Origin: Zygophlyctis sp. KS116
Taxonomy: Eukaryota; Fungi; Chytridiomycota
DNA: 32,000 nt
Reading direction: 5' to 3'
NCBI GenBank assembly: GCA_054661495.1
Contig: BAAFSQ010000028.1
Coordinates: 30,001-62,000, forward strand
Shown here: positions 1 to 10,661 of the stretch, one piece after another
Numbering within the stretch: the stretch's first letter is position 1
How the letters are laid out: the number at the start of each line of letters is the position of its first letter
Program-made: the position numbers and the translations under genes
The notes under the pieces: generated by a model
Told to the model about the DNA's origin: nothing
Database searches by the model: none
What the model saw: the letters and a program-made list of their open reading frames with translations, nothing else

Positions 1-1853
1 CCGTGTACACCTTTGATATTCGTGTTAAGTCCCGGAGCTGATCCAGCTAGTGGTTTATATAAGTTCGCAGAAGATATGAAGATGATGAAACGAATTGTAG
101 CAGTTTCACTTGGACAAGGACAGGGTCCAAGAGCAGAAGCATATATTAAAGAAGGCATGGAGAAGGGAATGTGGATTCTTCTTCAAAATTGTCATCTTGC
201 TCCTTCTTGGATGCCTAGCCTTGACCGAATTATTGACAGCTTCACTCCAGATAAGCTACACCGAGATTTTAGACTCTGGCTCACTAGCATGCCGAGTGTA
301 AAATTTCCAGTTACGATATTGCAAAATGGAGTGAAGACTACTTTGGAACCACCAAACGGGATACGAGCAAATCTAATGCGAACATATTCTACTTTTTCTG
401 AAGAATTTCTTAATTCGTGTCCTAAAACTGATTCATGGAAAAAGCTTTTATTCTCTTTATCATTCTTTCATGCTGTAATACAGGAGAGAAGAAAGTTTGG
501 AGCTCTTGGTTGGAATATACCTTATGAATTTACGGTAAATTTAATCTAGTTTAAATTTTTAGGATGGGGACTTGCGTATTTGTATCCGGCAACTGTCGAT
601 GTTCCTTGAGGAAAATGAAAAAATTCCAATGAAGGTTTTGAAATATACGGCAGGTGAGATTAACTATGGAGGGCGAGTAACTGATGATTGGGATAGGTAT
701 ACTTCAACACTTTACATATAGGCGTCTAATAATGAATATACTCGAGGATTACTATTGCCTTCCAGTTGTAGAAGACAATTACAAATTTTCCACATCACCT
801 ATTTATTGCTCAATTCCCGCAGACAGCTATTTGGGATATAAAAATTATCTCAAAAGCCTACCACTTGAAGAGAGTCCAGAAATTTTCTCGATGCATGAAA
901 ATGCCAATATTACATTTGCACAAAAAGAAACTTTTGCTATTTTCGATACTCTAGTCGCACTTATGCCAAAATCGAGTAAAAGTGGCTCAGGAAAATCAAG
1001 GGATGAAATACTCATGGAAACTGTGGTGTCAATGCAATCTAAAATCCCAAAACCATTCTCAATAGATAATGTCATGAGAAAATATCCTATAGATTATAAA
1101 GAGTCTATGTCAACTGTATTAATCCAGGAAGTAATTCGATTTAATCGCTTATTATCTGTTATCCACTCTAGCTTGATAGAAATGGTAAAAGCATTAAAAG
1201 GATTAGTCGTTTTATCTGAACAGTTGGAAAACGCATGCAATTCAATATTTTTGAATCAAGTCCCAACAACTTGGGCAGCAAAAGCATATCCGTCCTTGAA
1301 GAATTTATCTTCATGGGTAATTGATTTAATTGCACGTTGTGAATTTCTTCAAAGGTGGATTGATCAAGGAATTCCTATAGTTTTCTGGATCAGTGGGTTC
1401 TTCTTCCCTCAAGCCTTCTTAACAGGAACTCTTCAAAACTTTGCCAGAAAATATGTTGTATCCATTGATTTGCTCTCTTATGATTTCAAAATTGTTGATA
1501 CGAAATGGGAATCTATTCAATCTAAACCCGTTGATGGCTGTTATATCCGAGGATTGTATATGGAAGGTGCACGATGGGATCCAACGCGAAAAACACTAGC
1601 CGAGTCGAAACCAAAAGAGTTGTACTCTGACATGCCTGTTATTTGGCTTATCCCCAAGCCGCAAAGAAATAAACCAGAGACTGGGATCTATGATTGCCCA
1701 GTATACAAGACTCTAACTCGAGCGGGAACATTGTCTACCACTGGCCACTCTACCAATTATGTACTAGCGATTGAAGTTCCATCTGAACATCCGCAGTCGC
1801 ATTGGATAAAGCGTGGGGTGGCTCTGATTGCTAGTTTAGGCTCTGGATTTTAG
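1..1853 (+). CDS. Axonemal dynein heavy chain, C-terminal part (AAA6 plus C-terminal domain), inner-arm DNAH1-like; 5' end lies outside the window
   Basis: Motifs PLIFVLSPGADP, SLGQGQGP, LQNCHLA, FRLWLTS, NYGGRVTDDWDRR, YDCPVYKT and HWIKRGVAL. Introns 535-562 and 697-721 join ORFs 13..549 and 684..1853. Confidence 0.95.
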
Positions 1854-1901
1854 AATTTAAGAATAACTTAATAAATTGCAAGGGCAGAGGTTGGCGTTTG
1901 A

Positions 1902-3709
1902 ATGGAAAATCTAAAATCAGTTTTAAATAGATCTGAGTGGTCCCGAGTCTTGAAGGAATTCCCTGGACAAGGGGGAGAGAAATGGTTAACTTATCTTCGA
2001 CTGGCGCTGTTTGAAATCTTGGATCTGACTGATGAGTCTCTGCACACAATGGAAAAGCTGTTTGATTTTGCTCATTTTGTAGTAGAGGCAGAGGAGATTG
2101 GTAAAAATCTATTTTATAAACTAATGCACAGATGCAAACATTCCGTTGTTGATAATTGAAGATGCGCTCGATGTTTTACCTATTTCTGCGATTGGCCGCA
2201 TTTTTGATTATTTAGAGAATAATCTAGTTAGAATTACCAAAGGATTAGAGCCGGGAAAAGGGAAGGCATTGCCATTGTTGAGATTGTGTAATGAATCGCT
2301 TCGTAAACTCTCAAAGTCGGAAAATGCAAGTGTTTGTGGGAGGATTCAAGTGTTTTTAGCAAATGTTTTCCCTTTAAGTGAAAGATCTGGAGTTAATCTC
2401 AAGGGACTTTTTCATTTGGAAAATATAACTACTTTTGATGCTGATGTAGAAATGGAATCGGAAAAAAATAGGTTTGATGAGATTTATGGAGGATTTTGGA
2501 ATTTACAGACTTGGTTTTCTCAACCAGTCTTATTATTTGATTCTGCTGAATTCGAGAAATTTAAAAATGTATTTTTTAAAAGTAATAATATGATAGATTG
2601 CTGATAAAACAATTAAATTATTTGAAGATATGACACAAGAAGAAACTAAATCAAGCATTGATAAAAAAAGAAAACCTGAAAAGAGATCTCAGTCGCAAAT
2701 ATCAAGTAATAAGGATTATTTTTTCCCAAAATACTTGACGTCAAAGAACTTGTTTGAATTAGAGGTATTATTTAAATTTTTAATTTTGGTAGATTAAAGA
2801 TCATTCTTTTCGAAAGCAGATATTTGCTCAATTTTTTATTATTTTTCAATTTTTAATTGGACAATCTGTAAAGGAACAGGAAAAGATGCGTGCGTTATTT
2901 GAAAAGACACCAGGAGTTTCTATGAGCAGGCATGTGAATTATCAATTTACTCTTTCTGAAGATCAAGAAACGTGGATTTTGGATGCCAGGTCTAGATGTA
3001 CAAAAATATTGGACAAACAGTCACCAGATGGTAGAATTTTTCTGAAAACATTTCAGCATGTCGCTGCGCATGAACGAAGCTGGCTACGTTGGAAATTAGA
3101 ATCTTGTCCAAATGTAGAAAAAGCTAGCATTGATATCTCGCAAGGGGTTGCAAAGAAGAAATTAGAGGTAAAAAATGATTAAGTAATGTGAAGGTTTCAA
3201 TGGCGACACAAAACACCTGGATTGGAAATGAGGAAATGTCTTGGTTATGGGAACAAGGCAGAGATGTTGAAAAGCTCTTAAATACGAAGAAAAGGTATTT
3301 TTATTCTTGAATGAAACATAGTTCGAAAATTCCTTCGCTTGAAAAGCATTTAACCGAACTTGATTTTCAGGTGAAAGAAGATGGATTTACTCTTGAGGAT
3401 GGACTGGAGGATGACAAATACGTACTTTATAATGATATGACATTTAACTGGCGTGCTTTCAGGATTGCTAGAACTAGCCATTTGACTCTGATAGATAAGT
3501 TAGACCCAGCAGCAAAAAATCCAACTCAATGTCTTCTGCAGAAATGGCGAGCTTCAAAAAGTGGTGAAATTGAATCACCAGATGGTGTATCTGATGAAGA
3601 TAAATCAAAAGTAAATTATTGTGTCTTAACAATTCAGAAGAGGGTGATCGAGGGAATAGTGGATCCTGAAGCAGAATCTAAACGAATGAAAATGGACGAG
3701 ACAATTTAG
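1902..3709 (+). CDS. THOC1: THO complex subunit 1 (THOC1/Hpr1)
   Basis: Motifs LLRLCNE.LRKLSK, CGRIQVFLANVFPLSERSGVNLKG, FFPKYLTSKNLFELE and ERSWLRWKLESCP. Introns 2101-2131, 2569-2596, 2765-2792, 3168-3193, 3295-3321 and probably 3611-3637. Confidence 0.9.
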
Positions 3710-3756
3710 GAAAGCAAATCAACTATTGATAAAATTGTTCTATCACAAAGCCTGAT

Positions 3757-5878
3757 TTATGTTGAATTTTGTGTAAATTCAAAGGTTGCTGGCCAAGCGA
3801 TCCGGCCGGACAAATTACGAATTAATACGAAATTTTTATGCTTGCGGTTTCCTCTATTTTTTGAACAGGGAAATATACTTACAGCGTTGACTTTTTAAAG
3901 ATATGCAATAATTTTGAGAGCGAAAGAATACCAATAGCAGCACCGCCACCCAAAGTGAATGAGAAATTGCCAGATGTGACATATCCGACGGTATCCTTAC
4001 TTTCAGGGAAGGAATCCTATGAATTAAAAATCCTAATTTTCATACCAGAAGAGGATGATTAGACTCATCAGAAAGCATGTCAATATCAGTTCTTTCAGTC
4101 CAGAACTGATACTTTTCCTCAGTAGCATCATAAATAATAGCCCGTTCTTGAGGAGCACCCTTTCCCAGCGTCAATAGGCGCACTCTAACCATGTAAGAAT
4201 CCAAATCATCGTTTGATATATATTTCGATAAAACAGGAAAAATGCATGAGATATGCTCTAAGAATTTACCGCATGGGTTTTCAAGAATATGAAAATTGTC
4301 TCGTTGAATAAACTTGGATAATTCTTTCAAGATTTCAGATTGATCTAAAACTACTAATCGAGAATAGTTTGTTAAATCATCAAAAGGAATTTTGAATGGT
4401 GACTTAATCCCGATTTTTTGAAAGTTTATCTTTTTGTTTAAAGGGCGACGATTATATGCTTCTTCTTCTTCAATTTCTATCGTAGATGCCCAGTCATGAT
4501 ACGCTTTTGTCTCTGGATAGTCATATGGGAATGCTGGGATGCCTGATTCAAAATAGGAAGATCTTCTTTCTTTCAAACCCCCAGCTTTCCCTCCACCATA
4601 CACCAATGCTCTCCAAAACTCCCTTGCCCAAGCTCTATGGACAATGACATCCAATCCCTTTGAAACAGTACTAGTTGATTTCTCTGCTCCTATTTTCATC
4701 GGTATCGTCTGTGAGCGCTCCAAAATCAATATTGGAACACGAGCATCTTGACTTTCTGGCTTCAATGGAGTTCCAGGTATTAAATTCTTTGATCTCCTTT
4801 CATTCAATACAGCTTCAGATAACTTGCAACTTTCAATTTCTTTCAATTTATCCATTTCCCAAATCATTGAAGAAGACACATTCCAATCAACAACTTGAGA
4901 TTCATTTTTTTCGACATCCATTTCTACTGAATTTCCCTTTTTAACTTTTTTCTTTGGATAAGTCAATCTCGGATCATTAACAGTTAGTGAGATAATCCCA
5001 TTTGTAGGAACAAATTCAAGATCCTCCCAAGACTAGACATGAGCTATTTAGATTGCCTTACCTTTTGATCATGAACCAAATCCAAAGATCCTTTTAAAAT
5101 TTGCAAACTTTGAGGACCAGTCAACTCAAACCTTGCATATTCTTCACTAACCTCTATTTCAACCTTTGATTGAGTATTTCCCCCAAATAATTCAAGAATT
5201 TCCTTTAAAATACACGGATGAATACTTAACCAACACTTTTCTTGATTCCAAATAAAAGATACTGGTCCAATTTTAACCCCTGGAAATTCCGAGTAAATCA
5301 TTCTACTTGCAGGAATTTGAGTCATGATTGGATCTAGAGGATCTATAAAAGAATTCAAAAAAAGTGCAATGTCCGCAAAATCCCCCTTTAAGAATACTGA
5401 TGTAAAATATGAAACATCATAAATTGCAGCATAATTTGAATTAGCTCTATATAAAGCCTTTGTAGACTTTAAATTTGGAGTAAATGGAATTTTAAAACCC
5501 CATAAAGTAACCATCTTCATTCTCTTTGCATGCCAAACATGAGTTTCCATCCATTTCTTATCTATTTGCCTCTTTCCAAAATCAGAGTTTTTCCTTCTTT
5601 TCCTACGATTATTCTTATTTTTTTTCTGATCCACTGATCCCATTGTTTTTGTAGCAAAAGCTCTCATTTTCTTTGGGAGTCTTTTAGGATCATGAGCAGC
5701 AGATCTTCTTCTCATAAATCTAGAAAGTCTTTGCCATGCAACATGCGGCCCCTTGAACTGATTAGCCTCTGCCAGATTCTTCTCCATACTCTTAATTTCA
5801 GTTTCCCTTGCCTTTGTTTAATCATTATCAACTTACCGAAATGAATTCATTGATTGATATTCCAGTAGAGAGTTGCAT
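3757..5878 (-). CDS. POP1: RNase P/MRP protein subunit Pop1
   Basis: Motifs QRLSRFMRRRSAAHDPKRLP, WMETHVWHAKRMKM...WGF, FPYDYPET, RRPLNKKINF and GYVTSGNFS. Introns 5812-5836, 5033-5061, 4017-4045 and 3854-3882. Confidence 0.93.
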
Positions 5879-6065
5879 TGATTGCTATCCAATTGAGAGT
5901 TTTATTTTATCCTGCAGCCCTTGCGTCCGTCCGTTGCGTCCGTTGAATGGCTCTATTGGATGTGGACAAGATCCGGTTGAATGCATTGGCATTACCATTG
6001 ATGGCTATTGCATTGTCAGTTCTAAAGGACGGGATTATGTAAAGTACGAAATAATTCAAATTTCA

Positions 6066-6459
6066 ATGGGAAATTCCGCAAGTCAAATTCAATCGCCAAC
6101 TGTTATTGTTAATCCAGAGTTTCCCTTTAGCGTCACTGCCCCATTTGCAGAAATATTAAAGGTATAATCAAGGATTGTAACCATAGGACCCTTCAAAGGC
6201 AAAGACTTGGGTAGAAAGACAAGTCGAAAGGGAAAGAGAACGGGATCTCTACACTAGATCAATCGCAGAGTCTAAAACTGTTGCAGATGTCACTAGAGAT
6301 ACTCTAGACACTATAAAAAGTGTAGAATTATTTCATATTGAAAAGTCGCAGGATGCAATTATGGCAAAAGAGAATTTAGAAAAATGTTTGGCTCTCGGAA
6401 AGCCATTGAATTGCTCTGATCAAGTGAATGAATTCAAAAAAATAGCTTCTTCATTCTAA
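6066..6459 (+). CDS. MIC19: MICOS subunit Mic19-like (about 122 aa)
   Basis: Exons 6066-6161 and 6187-6459 (intron 6162-6186). N-myristoylation-type start MGNSAS; C-terminal CLALGKPLNCSDQVNEFKK resembles the fungal Mic19 twin-Cys tail. Confidence 0.8.
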
Positions 6460-7372
6460 TTATGTTAAATCTGCAAAAAATGAGTCTTGTGCTTCACTTG
6501 TTAGATTTGAGGTTTGTATTCTGAGACAAGATTGGTTCTCATCAGTTGAAGACATTCCTAATAAACATTGTGAATCATATCCAAGTATCATAGAGTCTAT
6601 AGAGTTTGGATCAGTCCCACGTAAACATTTTCCAATAGAATTTGGGAAAAGATTTATAGAATAAATACTTCCATCGCCAAATCCAACAATTATCATGGAT
6701 TCATTCCATTTAATTATTGATTCTACTGTTCCATGATTTAATTTAATTCGATCTGTATGATCACCCCATTCTCCAACGTTAAATAATAATAAATTTCCAG
6801 TCTCTGTTCCAACCACTAATTTAGTTGAATTCTTTACTAAACAAAAACAAGTTAATTCATCTTCTTGATATTCAGAGACTGCTAATGCTTTTTTATTCCT
6901 ATCATCAAAGATTGATAAAAAGCCATCTGAGCCTGATACAAAGATTTGATGATCTACTTTCAAGATATCAGAGATTTGGTCTGCATTCTCTTTCCAAGAA
7001 TGAATAAGCGATTTACTAGAAATATCCCATAATTTAACACTTCCATCATCAGCACCGGTTGTAACTAAATTGTGATCTAGTCTAATCACATTAACTGGAA
7101 CAGAATCATGACTCTTGTTTCTCTTCAAAATGATTTTGCCTGAAAGTGAATATAATTGAAAGCTAGAATCAGCAGATGCAGATATAATTCCTATGATTAA
7201 AAATCAAACTCTTACTATCGGCATCACAATCGACAGATCTAACAGCTTCAAAATGTTTATATTCCTTAAAAATAGTGGAATTTTTGACATAATTGTAAAT
7301 TGAAATTTCACCAGAAATATTTCCAGTGATCATCAATGGAAGAGATGGATGTCCTGCAATGTCAAATATCAT
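6460..7372 (-). CDS. JIP5: WD40 protein JIP5/WDR55 (ribosome biogenesis)
   Basis: WD40 repeats with FDIAGHP, TGADDGSVKLWD, SEYQEDELTC, WGDHTDRI and a C-terminal DSFFADL. Intron 7191-7215 joins ORFs 7169..7372 and 6460..7128. Confidence 0.85.
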
Positions 7373-7378
7373 GAAAAA

Positions 7379-7409
7379 CTAGAAATTGTAAAATTTTAAA
7401 ATTTCTTAC
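7379..7409 (-). other. Intron-like element filling the MDM10-JIP5 spacer
   Basis: gtaagaaattttaaaattttacaatttctag, 31 nt, beginning immediately after the MDM10 TAA. Confidence 0.65.
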
Positions 7410-8240
7410 TTAAAATTCAACTGCAAGACCAAATGAAGAAATTTCATGACTTGATTTTGTACTATTAGGAAGTAAGTCACTTTCTATTCCAAATATCAAT
7501 TTTACATTTTGAAAAGGCAATTCCCATTTTAGTCCAAAAAGTCCTTTTGAATCTAATCTTACTTGAATAGCCTTGAATAAAATCCCAAGAGATAAATCTG
7601 ATTCTAAACTGTACCTATTAAACTTGAATTTTGTTGATGCTTGAATTTTATCTCCAATTCCTATAGTATAACTTAAACTAGAATCTCCCATGATTGGATT
7701 TACTATAAGTACGTAATCTTGTCTTGATTCTTCATTCAAGGATAATGATGCACCAATAGACATCCCACCTGCCCTTTCTGAAGGTGAATAAAACATTTCT
7801 CCTCCAATCTTTGCCGTCCATGGCTCTAATCCTTTTAAAGGTATTGTAAATAATGTATTAAATCCAGGCTCTTTTGAATAGATTAAACCAATAGACCAAT
7901 TTGGTTTTATACTATATAGAGTCTGAAAATGTAAATAATTATTAGAAATTATATTCAATAGTCTCGATGAATGGCTGTAGGCGCCAATCATATCCACCGC
8001 CCCACTTCTATCTAGTCTAGATGCAATCAATAGATTAGAATTAGAATAAATGAATCCTAAATTCCCTTGTTTTGGAAGTTTTAATTTAAAGTGAATTGAG
8101 CCCATGGCCCGTTGTACAAATTCAGCCGAGAGACCGACCGGTGCATTCAAGTCTAGTAATTTATTACAAGTTTGATCAAGATCATGGAAACAAGAGTGTG
8201 GAAAGCGGTCAAGAATGAAATTCTGAATTTCAGACTTCAT
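7410..8240 (-). CDS. MDM10: Mitochondrial outer-membrane beta-barrel protein Mdm10-like (ERMES/SAM)
   Basis: Intronless 276 aa ORF. GGEMFYS...GGMSIG, NPIMGDSSLSY and STKFKFNRYSLESDL match Mdm10 signature blocks. Confidence 0.8.
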   Translation of the reverse strand: MKSEIQNFILDRFPHSCFHDLDQTCNKLLDLNAPVGLSAEFVQRAMGSIHFKLKLPKQGNLGFIYSNSNLLIASRLDRSGAVDMIGAYSHSSRLLNIISNNYLHFQTLYSIKPNWSIGLIYSKEPGFNTLFTIPLKGLEPWTAKIGGEMFYSPSERAGGMSIGASLSLNEESRQDYVLIVNPIMGDSSLSYTIGIGDKIQASTKFKFNRYSLESDLSLGILFKAIQVRLDSKGLFGLKWELPFQNVKLIFGIESDLLPNSTKSSHEISSFGLAVEF

Positions 8241-8266
8241 TTACAAACGCCACACTTAATAAACTG

Positions 8267-9199
8267 ATGAAACGACGGAATTGGATTTTTGGGTGTTGTA
8301 TGATATGGCTGCACTTGCTGTTTTCAAATGAGGCACCGACAAATGTAATTAAACTGTATAATATCCCTGGAACTTCAATCCCTGCAAAAATACATCAAAC
8401 ATGCAGAGAAAATCCATTAAACAGCGTTTTTAGATTGTTTAATAACAAGAGATACATCAAGGCATGGAAGCAAAATAATTTAGATTTTGAATATTATTTT
8501 TGGAGGTACGATGATGTCCAAGTATTTGTCAATGGTAATTTTAAAAAATCTTAAAAAATAGAATATTATCCACAGTATTATGATGCATTTCAGAAATTAC
8601 CAGTTCCAGAACTTAAATCGCATGTTTTTAGGTACATGGTACTTAATACTCTAGGTGGGGTATATTCAGATTCAGATACAATTTTACTTAAACCTGTTAG
8701 GGAATGGATAAAACCACAATGGGCATGTAGTAATATTCAGTTTATTGCAGGTATAGAGTTTGATATTCCTTTTGAATATGGGGATTCATGGAAAGGATTT
8801 CATAAAAGTCCATTACAATTATGTCAATGGACAATGGCGTCTAGTCCAAATAATGATATATTGAATATATTACTGGGTCAAATATTCTCAATTATTAATA
8901 ATTCTACTGTTGAAGAATTAAGATTAATGGATGTTGTGGATTTTACTGGTCCTGGGAGGTGGTCTAGAGTTATTTTTTCTAAATGGGAAGATGCAGGATT
9001 CAGTGTGGATGATTTTAGGGGTTTTGGAGATCATCCGAAATGTTTTTCTAATAGACTAATTCTTCCAATTACATGTTTCAATCCTGGTCTAACACATGGC
9101 TCGGAATATGGGAAAATGGGGTCTAAATCCATTTATGATTCTGATGCATTGGCTAAACACTCGTATGCTGGTTCTTGGAAATCAATGAAAATAAAATAA
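8267..9199 (+). CDS. GT32 family alpha-1,6-mannosyltransferase (Och1/Hoc1-like)
   Basis: N-terminal signal anchor, IPAKIHQT, FRYMVLNTLGGVYSDSD (DxD), QLCQWTMA, FTGPG and KHSYAGSWK. Intron 8535-8561. Confidence 0.85.
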
Positions 9200-9238
9200 T
9201 TTTGTATTTGGAATTTATTTAGAAAAAAATATAGAAAT

Positions 9239-10441
9239 TTATGATATCAATGCTTCATTTTGCAATGTGTTTTGGGAATCTTGTCTGATTCTCTCAGTAA
9301 TCTTCTCCCAAACAAAAGTGTCCTTGTTTTCTTGGTTATCTAAAGATTCTTCAGTCTCTGTTTCAGTTTCAGATAATTTGGATTTTCCTTTTGAGCCAAT
9401 AATAGATCCTGGAATTCGCAATTCAAAAGTTTCCATAAAGTCCTTCATTTCATCTAGATCTCTAAAATACAAGGTTAATTTCTCCTCTTTTTTGTACCAT
9501 TTCAAACAAGGAATTGTGATTTTTATGTATCCTTCCATCCCAACAGATATTAGACGCATTTTAGACAATGCAAATGTATATTTTGGAGTTTTTTCTTCAA
9601 AATAATACATTTTTGACTTTTCTGTCCCAATCATAGTCTGTAACTCTTGCCTAAAATTATATTTTTCAGACATTTTCTGTTTATCAAGACTTGAAACTAT
9701 AGAAAAAGAGTATACTTTATCTCCAAACTTTGTAAATAGCTGCATTTTTTTACATTTCTTGTCAAAAAATGCAACTCTTTCAGTAACACCATGTTTAACA
9801 ATTTCAAGATTTTCAAAAAATAATTTTCTAGCCTTTGAGTCGTACTGTTCTAGCGGATTCCAAGGATCGGGAGAAGCAATTTTTTTTAAATCAATTTCCT
9901 GCAAGATTTGATTAAATTCCAGTAAAATTTGAGAATCAAGTTTCACAATTTCACTTGAAAGCGCGAATAATTCTTGTTGAAATTCCATTTCTCGTTCCAT
10001 CATGTACTGCTTATTCGAAGCCAACCATCTCTGAAAGAGAAAATCATCTTTTGAAGCTTGGATTTTTGTAAAATTTTCACGCAAATTTTCAATTTTCTTT
10101 TTCTTTTGCTTTAGGGTTTTATGAAAATTTGCAAATTTCTTTTCAATTTCAGATTTAAGCTTTGAAAATTTGCACATGAGAATTTTCGTCTTTTCATTCC
10201 TTGGAATCATTTCTTGACTATAATATTGTGTAACTTGTAAAATTCTATCCTTTAAGCAAATATCAATTTTGGAGATTTCCTTTGAGAAAACAGAATAATT
10301 CTTGGTAATAGACTCTTGATTCTTAAGATTACCTTGTAATAGATTTTGAATCAATTTTACTACTTGTAGAATCAAGTTTCCCCGAGAGGAAATGCTGTTG
10401 ATGAGTTGGTTTTCCTGTTTGACAAAATCTAATTCCTTCAT
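9239..10441 (-). CDS. Hypothetical coiled-coil protein, possibly BAR plus PH-like
   Basis: 400 aa ORF with a helical K/E/Q-rich N-terminal half and a beta-rich segment ending in a helix (LTLYFRDLDEMKDFMETF). The true start is uncertain. Confidence 0.6.
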   Translation of the reverse strand: MKELDFVKQENQLINSISSRGNLILQVVKLIQNLLQGNLKNQESITKNYSVFSKEISKIDICLKDRILQVTQYYSQEMIPRNEKTKILMCKFSKLKSEIEKKFANFHKTLKQKKKKIENLRENFTKIQASKDDFLFQRWLASNKQYMMEREMEFQQELFALSSEIVKLDSQILLEFNQILQEIDLKKIASPDPWNPLEQYDSKARKLFFENLEIVKHGVTERVAFFDKKCKKMQLFTKFGDKVYSFSIVSSLDKQKMSEKYNFRQELQTMIGTEKSKMYYFEEKTPKYTFALSKMRLISVGMEGYIKITIPCLKWYKKEEKLTLYFRDLDEMKDFMETFELRIPGSIIGSKGKSKLSETETETEESLDNQENKDTFVWEKITERIRQDSQNTLQNEALIS

Positions 10442-10469
10442 TTTTGACCTAGGATACTCCTAACCATGA

Positions 10470-10501
10470 TTCCGTTGAAACCTAGTAGTTCCGTTGAAAC
10501 C
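10470..10501 (+). repeat. 13-nt direct repeat TTCCGTTGAAACC x2
   Basis: Exact copies at 10470-10482 and 10489-10501 in a divergent intergenic region. Confidence 0.85.
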
Positions 10502-10661
10502 ACACCATTTTTCAAGTCTTGACAAGTATTTATACACAATGTATCTACCAATCTAATTTATATAATTATAGGCACTAGGTTACATTATGTCTAGAACAAG
10601 AATTATACTCTCATAAACCATCAAAAGATAACAGTTCAGAAACCTAGTCACTAATCTCAAA

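Noticed and set aside
5808-6065. Cys-rich N-terminal part of ORF 5808..6167
   Set aside because: It starts at a non-ATG codon and overlaps POP1 exon 1 antisense. The credible start is MGNSAS at 6066.
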